From an uncultured cyanobacterium (GTDB lineage: Bacteria; Cyanobacteriota; Cyanobacteriia; Cyanobacteriales; CAWCAG01), in contig CAWDOD010000004.1 in assembly GCA_963803805.1 (NCBI GenBank), positions 320,001-384,000 of the forward strand: a DNA stretch of 64,000 nucleotides, given 5' to 3'. How positions within the stretch are numbered: the stretch's first letter is position 1; each line of letters starts with the position of its first letter. A program made the translations under genes and the position numbers. Below the pieces are notes generated by a model. That model made no database searches and had not been told where the DNA came from. It was given only the letters and a program-made list of their open reading frames with translations. This document shows, piece after piece, positions 41,130-51,338 of this stretch.

Positions 41130-42476
41130 TTAAAGTATTTCCCTTCCTGTTAATAACTTTCTTACTTCCAACATAGCTGAGTAAGTAGGGACAATATGCA
41201 GTGTTTCTTCTGGGGAAGTTAGAGCTAATGCTTGATCAATTGCGGTAGCTAAGTTTTCTGCCATGATCAGTTGTAAATCTTTCCCTTCTGGATCTAACTT
41301 CTGTTGACTATACTTAATTCTTAAGGCCATATCGTAAATGCGATCGCCGCTAACCACAATATTTCCCCCTAAAGAAACTAATTTTTCTGTATCTACATCC
41401 CAAATCCAAGAAACATCAGTACCATCGGGTATACGATCATTAAGTACCATCAAAGTTGTGGAGGATTTTCCTGCTGCTTTGACATCATTAACTGCCCGGA
41501 TAGTTTCATTCATGCCTACGGGGTTTTTCGAGAGTAAAATCCTTACCTTCTTGCCTTTAATTGTTAATTCTTCGGCACGTCCAAAAGCGGCACGAAAATC
41601 TTTAACTACCTTGTAAATCTCTTGAGTTTCAATACCAATTTCTTGGGCTAATAATCCGGCAGCTAAGGTATTGTATTTATTGTAAACACCGATGAGAATT
41701 TGTGGCCAATCTTGACTATTAATGGCAGGTTTACTCTTAGAAAAGTCACAACTAGGACAGTCATATTCTCCCAGGTGAGAAAGATAAACCCCTTCATATT
41801 CTAAAGAAGCACCACAATTAGGACAATAAATAGAGTCTACGGCATGGGGAATTTCATCAAGGTAGAATTTTGGTTCACTTAAGCCGAAAAAGAGAACTTT
41901 TTGCTTTAAGTTTTGACCTAAGTAAGCAAGAGTGGGGTCATCGCCATTAAGAACTACGGTAGTATCAGAAGATAAAGGTGCGATCGCTTTTTGCCAGCGA
42001 TGACTGATACTATCTACTTCTCCGTAACGATCTAACTGATCTCGAAAAAGATTTAAGCCTAAAATATATTTGGGTTCACAGGAACGCAAAATAATTGGCA
42101 AGATATTCTCATCTACTTCTAAAATGGCGTAATCTGCTTGCAGGCTACCCATTAGGTTGCTATTTCCTAACAAAGCAGTAGCTAAGCCATTAATTAAGTT
42201 AGCACCAGTTTCATTGTGAACTACCTTGTAACCTTGACTTTCAATGAGACTGCGTAACAAGAGGGAAGTGGTGGTTTTGCCATTTGTACCAACAATGAGA
42301 ATCACCCCTTCTTTAACCTGATCACAGAGTTGAGAAAGTAACTTGGGTTGAATACGCAGGGCAATTTCGCCAGGCAAAACACTAGCTGCACCCAAGTTCA
42401 ATAATTGTACTAACGAAGTTACAGTTTTAGCAATACCAACGGCGAAACCTAAGCGTAGTCTACTCAATAGGGACAT
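41130..42476 (-). CDS. murT: MurT-like Mur ligase (DUF1727; lipid II isoglutaminyl synthase subunit family)
   Basis: GTNGKTTT, LEVDE, NLFRDQLDRYGE, CPNC..CPSC zinc ribbon, KNPVG, DVSWIWD, TYSAML. Confidence 0.88.
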   Translation of the reverse strand: MSLLSRLRLGFAVGIAKTVTSLVQLLNLGAASVLPGEIALRIQPKLLSQLCDQVKEGVILIVGTNGKTTTSLLLRSLIESQGYKVVHNETGANLINGLATALLGNSNLMGSLQADYAILEVDENILPIILRSCEPKYILGLNLFRDQLDRYGEVDSISHRWQKAIAPLSSDTTVVLNGDDPTLAYLGQNLKQKVLFFGLSEPKFYLDEIPHAVDSIYCPNCGASLEYEGVYLSHLGEYDCPSCDFSKSKPAINSQDWPQILIGVYNKYNTLAAGLLAQEIGIETQEIYKVVKDFRAAFGRAEELTIKGKKVRILLSKNPVGMNETIRAVNDVKAAGKSSTTLMVLNDRIPDGTDVSWIWDVDTEKLVSLGGNIVVSGDRIYDMALRIKYSQQKLDPEGKDLQLIMAENLATAIDQALALTSPEETLHIVPTYSAMLEVRKLLTGREIL

Positions 42477-42683
42477 ATTTTCTACAATACTAGGAGTTTG
42501 ATACTTTATTTCACAATAATGACCCTTTACTCTTCTGGCAATGGCGTATGACTCCGGGCGGTATCATTTCCTTTGACATTTTCTTGTTACCTATTTCCCT
42601 GGGTGACAAGTTAAGCAAAAGCACAATAGCTCCAAAACCCTCAATTTCCAATATAATTACTATATATAACCAACATTTAAAAT

Positions 42684-42941
42684 ATGACTCAATTACTAGA
42701 TTCTTTACCCCAAAACTCTTCTAATTCTATTGTTTGTTGCTATCTAAACAATACAAGTAAAGTTCAAATTGGTCGTATTACCAATATTCCTAACTGGTAC
42801 TTTGAGCGAGTCGTGTTTCCTGGACAAAGATTATTATTTGAATGTTCTCCTGAAGCACAATTAGAAATTCATAGTAGTGAAATTACTAATGCTATTCTTG
42901 CTGATCGCATTCAATGTGAGCGCTTATCTATTGATATTTAA
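42684..42941 (+). CDS. DUF1830-family protein
   Basis: RITNIPNWYFERVVFPGQRLLFE. Confidence 0.9.
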   Translation: MTQLLDSLPQNSSNSIVCCYLNNTSKVQIGRITNIPNWYFERVVFPGQRLLFECSPEAQLEIHSSEITNAILADRIQCERLSIDI

Positions 42942-42986
42942 GTTTCAATAATCTTCTCCATTAACAATTTTAATAATTTAATAAGC

Positions 42987-43652
42987 ATGAGTAAAAAGAA
43001 CTTAGAAGAACTTTCAGCACAACTTGATAGCTCTAACTCTCGCGATCGCATGGTTGCCCTTGCTTCTTTGCGCGAATTTTCTCCTGAAGAAGCAATGCCT
43101 TTAATCAAAAAAGTTTTAGATGATGAAATCTTACAAATTCGTTCTATGGCAGTATTTGCTTTGGGAGTTAAGCCCACAGAGGAATCTTACCCAATTTTAA
43201 TCGAATTATTGGAAACTGACCCTGATTATGGCATACGCGCCGATGCAGCCGGGGCATTGGGTTATTTAAAAGATGTTCGCGCTTTAGAGCATTTAGTACG
43301 GGCTTTTTATGAGGATACCCAATGGTTGGTACGTTTCAGCGCAGCAGTATCTTTAGGTAATCTCCAAGATTCTAGAGCGCAAGAGGTTTTAAAGAAAGCT
43401 TTAGATAGCGAAGAAGTTGTAGTACAACAAGCAGCGATCGCCGCTTTAGGAGAAATCAAAGCTGTTGATAGCGTTGGTGATATTCTCCGTTTTGCCCAAT
43501 CTGATGACTGGTTAATTCGGCAAAGGTTAGCAGAAGCTTTAGGCAACTTGAAAAGCGACAAAAGTATCTCTGCTTTAAAATATTTGGCTAAAGATAGTCA
43601 TCCCCAAGTTAGTGAAGCGGCGACTATTTCTTTGCAGCGTTTGATGGGATAA
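42987..43652 (+). CDS. nblB: phycobilisome degradation protein NblB (HEAT-repeat)
   Basis: HEAT repeats, DPDYGIRADAAGALGYL, EDTQWLVRFSAAVSLGNL, DDWLIRQRLAEALG. Confidence 0.85.
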   Translation: MSKKNLEELSAQLDSSNSRDRMVALASLREFSPEEAMPLIKKVLDDEILQIRSMAVFALGVKPTEESYPILIELLETDPDYGIRADAAGALGYLKDVRALEHLVRAFYEDTQWLVRFSAAVSLGNLQDSRAQEVLKKALDSEEVVVQQAAIAALGEIKAVDSVGDILRFAQSDDWLIRQRLAEALGNLKSDKSISALKYLAKDSHPQVSEAATISLQRLMG

Positions 43653-43660
43653 TGGAGGCA

Positions 43661-43697
43661 AGTAATAAGTAACAAGTAATAAGTAATAAGTAATAAT
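43661..43697. repeat. heptamer tandem repeat (AGTAATA)
   Basis: About 5 units between nblB and the lyase gene. Confidence 0.8.
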
Positions 43698-43772
43698 CCT
43701 ATTGCTTTACTTCTTGCTTATAGCTTACTCTTACTAGAGGGCTTACGCCAATGAATAAGCGACTTTTGAGTT

Positions 43773-44285
43773 ATGAATATCAAAGAATTTTTTGAGCAGA
43801 GTGCAGGTAATTGGTTTGCCCAGCGTACTAGTTATAACCTCAAAGATGGCAAGGCAGAAAATAGCAAATCAGATTTAAGCGTTACTATGGTTAAGGCTGA
43901 TGAGCCGAGGGTTATTGATCTGTGTCAACAAAAGGGAATTTCCCCAGATTTAGTTTGGCAAGGAATGCAAACTAGCTGGAATAGTTCGGTAGACTGGGAC
44001 AACAAGAAAGAAAAAGGTTCTAGTTTGATGGTTGTGATACCCGATGCTGATAATGCTTCTCAGGGTAAAATACTTCGTTCTTTGGGTAAACTTTTTTTAG
44101 GCAGCTACGTTTTAGGTAGAGATGAAGCTCTAACTTTAACGGTGGAAGATGAAGATATTTATTTAGAAGAACGTATTTGGTTCGCTAGTGATAATTTAAG
44201 GATGCGTTCTAGTTTGGTTAAAATCGCTAATAATTATAGCACTGCGGCTTTTTATTCAGAAGTTCGACGAATAAGCAATAAATAA
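43773..44285 (+). CDS. CpcS/CpcU (CpeS-like) phycobiliprotein lyase
   Basis: FFEQSAGNWFAQRTSY, EERIWFASDNLRMR, FYSEVR. Confidence 0.88.
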   Translation: MNIKEFFEQSAGNWFAQRTSYNLKDGKAENSKSDLSVTMVKADEPRVIDLCQQKGISPDLVWQGMQTSWNSSVDWDNKKEKGSSLMVVIPDADNASQGKILRSLGKLFLGSYVLGRDEALTLTVEDEDIYLEERIWFASDNLRMRSSLVKIANNYSTAAFYSEVRRISNK

Positions 44286-44587
44286 TTGATAATTGATAAT
44301 TAGTTTTGAGTTGTATTGGCAAGATTGAAAAGAAAATTCAATTTAAACTGAAAACTAAGCCAAAAAATTAGCAATAGAAGCGATGGCGATTTAATAGTTT
44401 TAGGATCACTGGGATTTCTTTTTATAAAACCAGGATGTTTAACTAAGATTTCTGCTCCGCCTCGAAACAAAACCCAAGAATTCAAAAGTATTATAAACAC
44501 CCAGATAGATATCCAAAAAGCAATCGTGAATTGGTTGCCCCTACTGGAAAAAAGTAGTCTTCAATATGGTTGAATTGCTAATAGCAA

Positions 44588-46010
44588 TTACCCCTTTTGT
44601 TCTTTGTAAATACTCTTGAAAATCCTTTGCTGCTTTTTATGATCAACAATCGGGGCAGGGTAATCGCAATATTCTCTTTCTGAAGCAGGAATTTTGCCTG
44701 TTACCAGATACTCTGGTTCCAAAGAACTTAATTCCGGAACCCAGAAGCGAATATATTCTCCTTCAGGGTCATACTTTTGCGTTTGACTTGCTGGGTTGAA
44801 AATTCTTAAGGGTTTGGGGTCCATCCCGCTAGAAGCACTCCACTGCCAACCACCATTGTTAGCGGCAAGATCCCAGTCATAAAGTCTTTGGGCAAAGTAC
44901 TTTTCGCCCCAACGCCAGTCGATGATTAAATCTTTAGTGAGGAAGCTAGCTACAATCATACGACAACGGTTGTGCATCCAACCTGTCTCGTTTAGTTGCC
45001 GCATCGCTGCATCCACAATCGGATAACCGGTTTTTCCCTCACACCAAGCTTGGAAATACTCTTCGTTATTATCCCAAGGAAAATTCTTAAACTCATCGCG
45101 GTATGCGCCCTTGGGCTAATTCAGGAAAGAAATACATCACGTGTTGATAAAACTCTCGCCAAGCCAACTCTTTTTGCCAAGTTTCAATGTTGCCTCTGCT
45201 TTCATCACTGCGACTGAGGTTGTAGGCATCAACAGCAGTTTGCCACACTTCCCGAATACCAATTGCCCCAAATTTTAATGCTGCACTTAACATCGAAGTC
45301 CCATCAGTGCCAGGAAAGTCACGCTGTTGCTGATAGTCCCATAAGGCGCGATCGCTAAATTCTGCTAACCTATCCTTCGCTGCGGTTTCTCCTGGTTCCA
45401 AAGGCAGTGGATTTTCCCACACAAAACCTAAATCTTTGGCACTAGGAAGATTAATTGCACCTAGTTCTTTTAAATTAGATTGTTCCTCTTTTGTCAACCC
45501 TTCCAGATTAGCTAAAGTCTCTGCGGGTTCGGCTTTTTGTTGGCTATGCCAGTTTTTCCAAAAAGGGCTATAAACCTTATAAGGATCTCCTCCTTTAGTC
45601 CTCACTTCCCCTGGGGCGTGGAGGAGTTGATCCCAAGTCTGATGAACTGCAATGCCTTTCTCTTCTAGGGCTTCTTTTACTTTGGAATCGCGCTTCTTGG
45701 CATAGGGTTCCACATCCTGATTCCAGAATACAGCTTCCGCGTTAAGGGTTGCTGCCAATTGAGGAATAACCTGAACAGGATCACCTTTAAATATCAGTAA
45801 CTGCCCCCCAGCTTCTTGATAGCGTTGCTGCAACTCTTGCAAACAACCAATCAGATAAGTTACCCTAGCCGGAGCAACGTCATCCCCTTCTAAAATACCA
45901 GGATCAAGACAGAAAACCCCCACTACTTGAGAACTTTGTTGACGGGCAGCCGCCAGCCCGACATTATCAGAAGTACGTAAGTCGCGGCGATGCCAAAAGA
46001 TGATGGACAT
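44588..46010 (-). pseudogene. phrA: class I CPD photolyase, frameshifted at ~45108
   Basis: WHRRDLRTSDN, TSMLSAALKFG, ELAWREFY, then [32 protein letters not shown]. One extra G in a GGG run breaks the frame; possibly an assembly error. Confidence 0.88.
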
Positions 46011-46213
46011 AAGCGGAAATTTCTTGCAAGTTATTAAGAGAGTGTATTCTACATTTTAGGGAGATTATGAATAGGTAGGTAGTGGTTTTGCAAAAAGTAG
46101 TGGCGTGACAGTCCTAACACACCTTCTCAGGGCAAAATCCTCTTCGAGAGCAAACAAAAATTAAAAACCAAGACTGGTTTTTAAAAACTAATACCGAGTT
46201 TCATAAATAGAAC

Positions 46214-46325
46214 TATAGCGGTTCTCAAATTTTTCGTGATGGTACATTTAGTCTATTTCCATATTTCCACACTTCTACTAGCCACTAGCCACTAGCAAAA
46301 ACATCTAGGCTGTACCTCACACTTA
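46214..46325. mobile_element. degenerate MITE-like element with internal CTAGCCA heptamers
   Basis: TATAGCGGTTCTCAA...GGTACA left arm and TGTACCTCA right-arm remnant, resembling common cyanobacterial MITE ends. Confidence 0.4.
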
Positions 46326-46458
46326 CTCTTGTTCTGAGTTTTGCGTGTTCATCATGTTTCCTTTACTCTTTTCCTTGAACGATACCCGTTTATAATTAAT
46401 TTTTTAACTCAGGGAACAAGCAGGAAATCAAACTTAAATTATTTAAAGCAAAGCTTTT

Positions 46459-47511
46459 ATGAGTTGTCCCTTTTATGCTGGTTCAATGATTACCGAACCG
46501 CGATACTTTGTTGGTCGTCGCGAGTATCTAGATTTTCTTACTTCTCGCATGAGTGCAGCACAACCTACTAGCATTAATTTGGTGGGTAAGCAGCGTTTTG
46601 GTAAGTCTTCTTTACTTTATCACTTTTGCCAAACCTATGAACAACGAGTACAACGTTTTAACCAAGATCCTCGGCGTTATGTGGTGATTTATCTTTCTTT
46701 GCAACAGGGTGATTGTCGGCGAGAGGAAGATTTTTATCGAGCGGTGGCGCGGAGTTTATTGCGACGTTCTGTTGTGCAAACAAATTCTGCTTTAGCTACT
46801 CCTTTAAACAGTGTCTCTTTGCAGCGACAAAGTTTTTCTGATGCCATTAAAGCTTGGCAAAAAGAGAAGGTTTTGCCGGTGTTGTGTTTAGATAAGTTTG
46901 AGGAGTTGTTGGAGAATAAGCAAGAGTTTGATGATTATTTTTATGACAATCTTCGTTCTTTGATGAATAGCAATGCTTTGATGTTAATTATTTCTTCTAA
47001 ACAGACTTTAGAAAGATACAGCAAGAAACATCAATTAACTTCTGATTTCTTTAATTTAGGCAACGTTAAGGTATTGACAAAATTAACAGAAGTAGAAGCA
47101 TTGGATTTAGTACGCTTGCCGGATATTAACAATCCTGCTTTAAGCCCGGAAAGGCAGAAACTGGCTTTGCAGTGGGGAGAAAGGCATCCTTATTTATTAC
47201 AGTTAGCTGGGCGTTGTTTATGGGAAGCGCAAACTCAACATCGGCCGGATAGTTGGGCAAAAGAAGAGTTTCTGCAAGCAAGTCAGAATGTGCCGCAAAC
47301 CTTCTCTTGGCAAAAATTTGTTGGTAAGTTACTTTGGTTGCCCCTTAAGTTAGGGCGAATGGCGAGATTTACTGGGGATAAGTTTGACGATACTGGTAAT
47401 TTAATTTCTGGCACGGTTATTTTGATTGTGCTTTGTCTGGTGGTGTTTAAAATTCTTCCTTTTGAGGAATTGGTGAAGTTGCTTAAAGATGCACTAGGAA
47501 TTGGCGGGTAA
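46459..47511 (+). CDS. STAND-like AAA ATPase with C-terminal TM helix
   Basis: FVGRRE, Walker A GKQRFGKS, Walker B LCLDKFE, HPYLLQLA, C-terminal hydrophobic helix. Confidence 0.85.
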   Translation: MSCPFYAGSMITEPRYFVGRREYLDFLTSRMSAAQPTSINLVGKQRFGKSSLLYHFCQTYEQRVQRFNQDPRRYVVIYLSLQQGDCRREEDFYRAVARSLLRRSVVQTNSALATPLNSVSLQRQSFSDAIKAWQKEKVLPVLCLDKFEELLENKQEFDDYFYDNLRSLMNSNALMLIISSKQTLERYSKKHQLTSDFFNLGNVKVLTKLTEVEALDLVRLPDINNPALSPERQKLALQWGERHPYLLQLAGRCLWEAQTQHRPDSWAKEEFLQASQNVPQTFSWQKFVGKLLWLPLKLGRMARFTGDKFDDTGNLISGTVILIVLCLVVFKILPFEELVKLLKDALGIGG

Positions 47512-47514
47512 ATA

Positions 47515-49995
47515 ATGACTAAGATTTCTCAATTTAAGCAATATGTTGCCGAATGTATTCAGATTCTTTGTTGGGTTTACTTCAAACCCTATACCTTTCA
47601 GCGCCAGTTGCAAGATATTCATCCTAGACTAACACCTACTATCAGTTTTTTTGTGTTGCGAAATGACTTACCTAGCCATCCTCACTTGAAACGTTTTTTT
47701 CACCAGGTTTGGTGGATTATTGGTGTAGCTCCCTTATTCTTTTTTATCCTTGCTGCCTTTCCTTATGCTGTCTTTACTAAAAATATTCTTCAGTGGTTAT
47801 TTGGAGGATTTTTCTTGTTCGGTTGGTTGATCGGTATTCTACTTACACAAAGCATAGTCACAGGTACTCACATAAAGAGTTTGATAGGAGTGCTTGTTGT
47901 TGTAACCATAATACATCTCCTGAGTATCTTATTTGTCTCAGAATCAAGTTTAGCCTTCTTGATTAGTGTAGCGGCAGGTGTAATTATAGGTGTAACCATC
48001 GGCATTGTTGCTGCTGTATTTGGATGTGCCTCCATAAGCATTACTGTTGGCGCATCTGTCTGTATGATTGTTAGTGTCGCTTATGGTGCAGCTTATGGTG
48101 TAGCTGTTGCAATGTCTGTTAGTTTCGCTTGTGTTTCTTTTTACGGTGGAGCTTTCAGTATGCAGATTAATATAGATGATGATTCTGCTGTAATTATGAC
48201 CCTAAATGTTGTTTTGGGTTTGGGTCTTACACTCTTTTTGGGTATAGCTATTGGTATAGTCTTTGATAGAGTCATTGATGTAGTTTTCGGTGTGGAGATA
48301 GCTTTTGGTGTTGCTTTCGGGATAACCTGGGTTTTAGGTTTGCTACGTGTTTACTTCTGGCTACCAGAAGTCCTTTGGATGCTAGCTCTTCTTTTAATTA
48401 GCAGACAGGGATATCAAGCACAATGTCTACGCTATTTACCTCCGCATTTTGACGAGTCAACCATCTTACCCTTACCCTTCATGGCAAGATTAATCACCAA
48501 TGCTTACTGGCAAAATCCTGCCTTAGCCCGTAGTACCATTGATTACCTGATCAATTCCACCAATCAACAAAAAGTAGCCACAAAAGCAATGATCGGTATT
48601 GCGGCCGATACCCTTAACCAAGTTCAAACAACTACTGACATTGTTGCTACCAAAGAACAACTAGCTTGGCTTCCTTCCCCACCACCAAAAGAACTTGGTA
48701 CTTTTCTACCGCAGTTTGTGGAAATTAGTCAAGACGTTGGGGTTTACCTCGAAGCAACCTCTGCTTATCGCCAATACGAATTACTGAATCCTCCCATCAA
48801 AAGCCTCAAACAACTCAATAACAGCCTTGCCTTGAACCGAAATGCCCAACAAGCTACAACTTTTGGTAGCATTGCCCAACGTTGGTTAAACATCCTCATC
48901 GCTGCCCAACAAACCCTCCAAGCAGAAGCCGAACGTTCAGCAGAAATACCCCAAGTTTACATCGCTGGAAATGGCTTAGATCCAGAAACTGCCAAAAGTC
49001 GCTTCAAAGGGCGCAAAGACATCTTTCGGGAAATCGAAACCCTCAGCCTCTCTTCCCCACCCCCAGTCCTTTTATTCAATGGTGGCAGGCGTACCGGCAA
49101 AACTTCCTCTTTGAAATATCTTCCCCAGAAACTAGTGTCAGAAATTATTCCTTTACTCATAGACTTACAAGGAGGGGCATTGGCTCAAACTTTGCCAGGT
49201 TTAGCAGAATATCTTGTCAAAGAAATCATCAACGCTGCCAGACAAGCCCGTAATTTACAACTGCCTTACCCCAACCAAGAAAAACTATTTCGAGAACCAT
49301 TTTTAACCCTACAAGATTGGTTTACTACCATCGAAACCACAGCCCCCAACAAGCGCTTCCTCCTTTGCTTAGATGAATTTGAACGCCTCAGTGAGTTTGT
49401 TGATACAACTGGTAGCCGCATCCCCCTCAACTTCTTCCGCCACATCTTGCAACATCGTCGCCAATGGATCTTACTTTTTAGTGGTTCCCATACCTTAGAG
49501 GAACTTGCCCCCTACTGGAGTGATTATCTCATCAACACCCGTACCATCCGCCTCACCTACCTCCAAGAATCAGAAGCCCGTGAGTTAGTAGAAAAACCCA
49601 TCCCAGACTTCCTCAACATCTACCAACCCACTGCCGTAACCGAAATTATCAACCAAACTCGTTGCCAACCTTATTTAGTACAGTTACTCTGTTCGGTAAT
49701 TGTTGATCACCTCAACAATCAACAACGTAAATTAGCCACCCGAAAAGATGTCCATAACTGCATTCCCGTTGCCATAGAAACAGGAAGTCAATACTTCCGG
49801 GAATTGTGGACAACTTTAGCAGAAAAGGATCAAGATGTACTGCTGCGCTTGATTGAAGGAGAAGCCGTTAATCCAAGAGATAAACTTTCCTTACGTCGCC
49901 TTGTCAATAAAGAAATCTTAGAAAAAAAAGCAGATAGTTATCAGTTTCAAGTACCTTTAGTGAAAAGATATATAGAGCAACTGTTTGAATTCTAA
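47515..49995 (+). CDS. multi-TM protein with C-terminal STAND-like AAA ATPase
   Basis: Long Gly/Val/Ala-rich TM region, FKGRKD, Walker A GGRRTGKT, Walker B LCLDEFE, CQPYLVQL. Confidence 0.87.
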   Translation: MTKISQFKQYVAECIQILCWVYFKPYTFQRQLQDIHPRLTPTISFFVLRNDLPSHPHLKRFFHQVWWIIGVAPLFFFILAAFPYAVFTKNILQWLFGGFFLFGWLIGILLTQSIVTGTHIKSLIGVLVVVTIIHLLSILFVSESSLAFLISVAAGVIIGVTIGIVAAVFGCASISITVGASVCMIVSVAYGAAYGVAVAMSVSFACVSFYGGAFSMQINIDDDSAVIMTLNVVLGLGLTLFLGIAIGIVFDRVIDVVFGVEIAFGVAFGITWVLGLLRVYFWLPEVLWMLALLLISRQGYQAQCLRYLPPHFDESTILPLPFMARLITNAYWQNPALARSTIDYLINSTNQQKVATKAMIGIAADTLNQVQTTTDIVATKEQLAWLPSPPPKELGTFLPQFVEISQDVGVYLEATSAYRQYELLNPPIKSLKQLNNSLALNRNAQQATTFGSIAQRWLNILIAAQQTLQAEAERSAEIPQVYIAGNGLDPETAKSRFKGRKDIFREIETLSLSSPPPVLLFNGGRRTGKTSSLKYLPQKLVSEIIPLLIDLQGGALAQTLPGLAEYLVKEIINAARQARNLQLPYPNQEKLFREPFLTLQDWFTTIETTAPNKRFLLCLDEFERLSEFVDTTGSRIPLNFFRHILQHRRQWILLFSGSHTLEELAPYWSDYLINTRTIRLTYLQESEARELVEKPIPDFLNIYQPTAVTEIINQTRCQPYLVQLLCSVIVDHLNNQQRKLATRKDVHNCIPVAIETGSQYFRELWTTLAEKDQDVLLRLIEGEAVNPRDKLSLRRLVNKEILEKKADSYQFQVPLVKRYIEQLFEF

Positions 49996-50038
49996 GGTAG
50001 ATATTGTTGAAGTGGCGATCACCCCCTCAAAAGAATCA

Positions 50039-50076
50039 CAAACCAAGGCTAGTTTTTAAAAACCAGCCTTGGTTTG
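50039..50076. repeat. 38-bp near-perfect palindrome (REP-like)
   Basis: CAAACCAAGGCTAGTTTTTAAAAACCAGCCTTGGTTTG, one mismatched pair; related partial copy at 46165-46190. Confidence 0.8.
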
Positions 50077-50198
50077 AGAAATAGAATCAAAATGAGATTA
50101 TTTTCTATCTACTCCTTCTATCTACTCCCTCGCTAAAATATGAAAACTTTTTTTAACTGAAGGAACAGGATTTATTGGTTCTTATGTGGCGCGATCGC

Positions 50199-50363
50199 AA
50201 TTCATTAATTGTTGAAGCATTAGCCCTGATACCACGAATTCTCCCTAACCAAGGTTGATCAGCAACTAGCACATCTGCAAAGTGGTTAGGATGGGCGCAG
50301 TTAATCATATAATAGGCTGGGGTTTGGTTACTACTCTTGTCAACTTGGTCGATATTTTACCAT
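50199..50363 (-). pseudogene. homocysteine S-methyltransferase-family remnant
   Basis: SD AGGAG plus ATG at 50363 (MVKYR), then in another frame PAYYMINCAHPNHF...WLGRIRGIRANAS. Confidence 0.7.
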
Positions 50364-50402
50364 TGCAGTTCTCCTGTTAAGTTAATACAAAGAAACTTGA
50401 TA

Positions 50403-50996
50403 TTATTGGGGATAGCGCAACATCGGGAAAATCCTTGGAGAGGTCCCGGCTTGAATTTGGGCAAGCAACTCAAACCCATACTGTTGGTAAAAAGGAACAT
50501 TAGCTGAGTTGGAAGATTCGAGATAAGCAGGGAGGCAGTCATTGTCACACTTTGGAAGTATATACTCCATCAAGGCTGAACCATAACCTTGACCCTGTTG
50601 GGTTGGTTCTACTCCCAGTAATGGCAAGTACCAATGAGGTTGCTGGGGATGGTAATTACCCATTTGCTCAAATACGGCAAAGACTTCACCTTGCTGCGAC
50701 TCCAAGACGCTTTCTTGAACTAATTTAACAAGAGATTCTTGATCCGGTTCGCTTCCTGGGGACAACCAAAGTGCTGCACCTGAATAACCAGCAGTGTAGT
50801 AAGCAGTGTCTTTTACAAAGGCTTGACCAGCAAACTTTCTGACAAAGTGCGGAAAATAGTCTAGGTACTGTTGGGGTTGGGGATAGATCCAACGCACGGC
50901 AGGATCAGCGCTAAAGGCTAAAGTTAGAGTAGCAATTACATTTTCTTCATCTGTTGCTGTTGCCGTTAGAATTTTAGCAGCTTGGTTTGTGAACAT
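50403..50996 (-). CDS. GNAT N-acetyltransferase
   Basis: HWYLPLLGVEPTQQGQGYGSALM, AYLESSN..NVPFYQQYGF. Confidence 0.92.
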   Translation of the reverse strand: MFTNQAAKILTATATDEENVIATLTLAFSADPAVRWIYPQPQQYLDYFPHFVRKFAGQAFVKDTAYYTAGYSGAALWLSPGSEPDQESLVKLVQESVLESQQGEVFAVFEQMGNYHPQQPHWYLPLLGVEPTQQGQGYGSALMEYILPKCDNDCLPAYLESSNSANVPFYQQYGFELLAQIQAGTSPRIFPMLRYPQ

Positions 50997-51040
50997 CGCC
51001 TTCTCCTTACATGAAATAACACGATTACCAATAGCTAAAT

Positions 51041-51198
51041 GGGAGCATCTCAGTTTTGCAGAAATAGTTTGTCTGTGAAGTTAGCTATTAGCTATTAGCT
51101 GTTAGCTGTTAGCTTTAAGAATACATTTCTTGCTGTTTCAGTGAAGCTAATATCAAGTTGACGGCTAAAGCCTGTATTTACCAATTTGAGATGCTCCT
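51041..51198. mobile_element. MITE family A copy 2 (158 bp, 8-bp TSD)
   Basis: Same sequence as 29980-30144 with one fewer heptamer; AGCTAAAT direct repeat at 51033-51040 and 51199-51206. Confidence 0.92.
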
Positions 51199-51338
51199 AG
51201 CTAAATCGCTTACTTTTGATAGCTTAGGAAGCAATCGAGAAGATATGGGGAAGAACTTGTATCAAGGATGCTAGACAAGTCCTAATACCTGGAATGATTA
51301 CATATAAACTTTTAATTAAGGACTGGGCCAAATAACTG

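Noticed and set aside
44300-44500. Small hydrophobic ORF downstream of photolyase
   Set aside because: No clear start or recognisable family; could be a gene fragment but cannot be supported
45093-45120. Programmed frameshifting in photolyase or dcd
   Set aside because: Each is repaired by deleting one G from a GGG run; no slippery motif, and these genes are normally continuous
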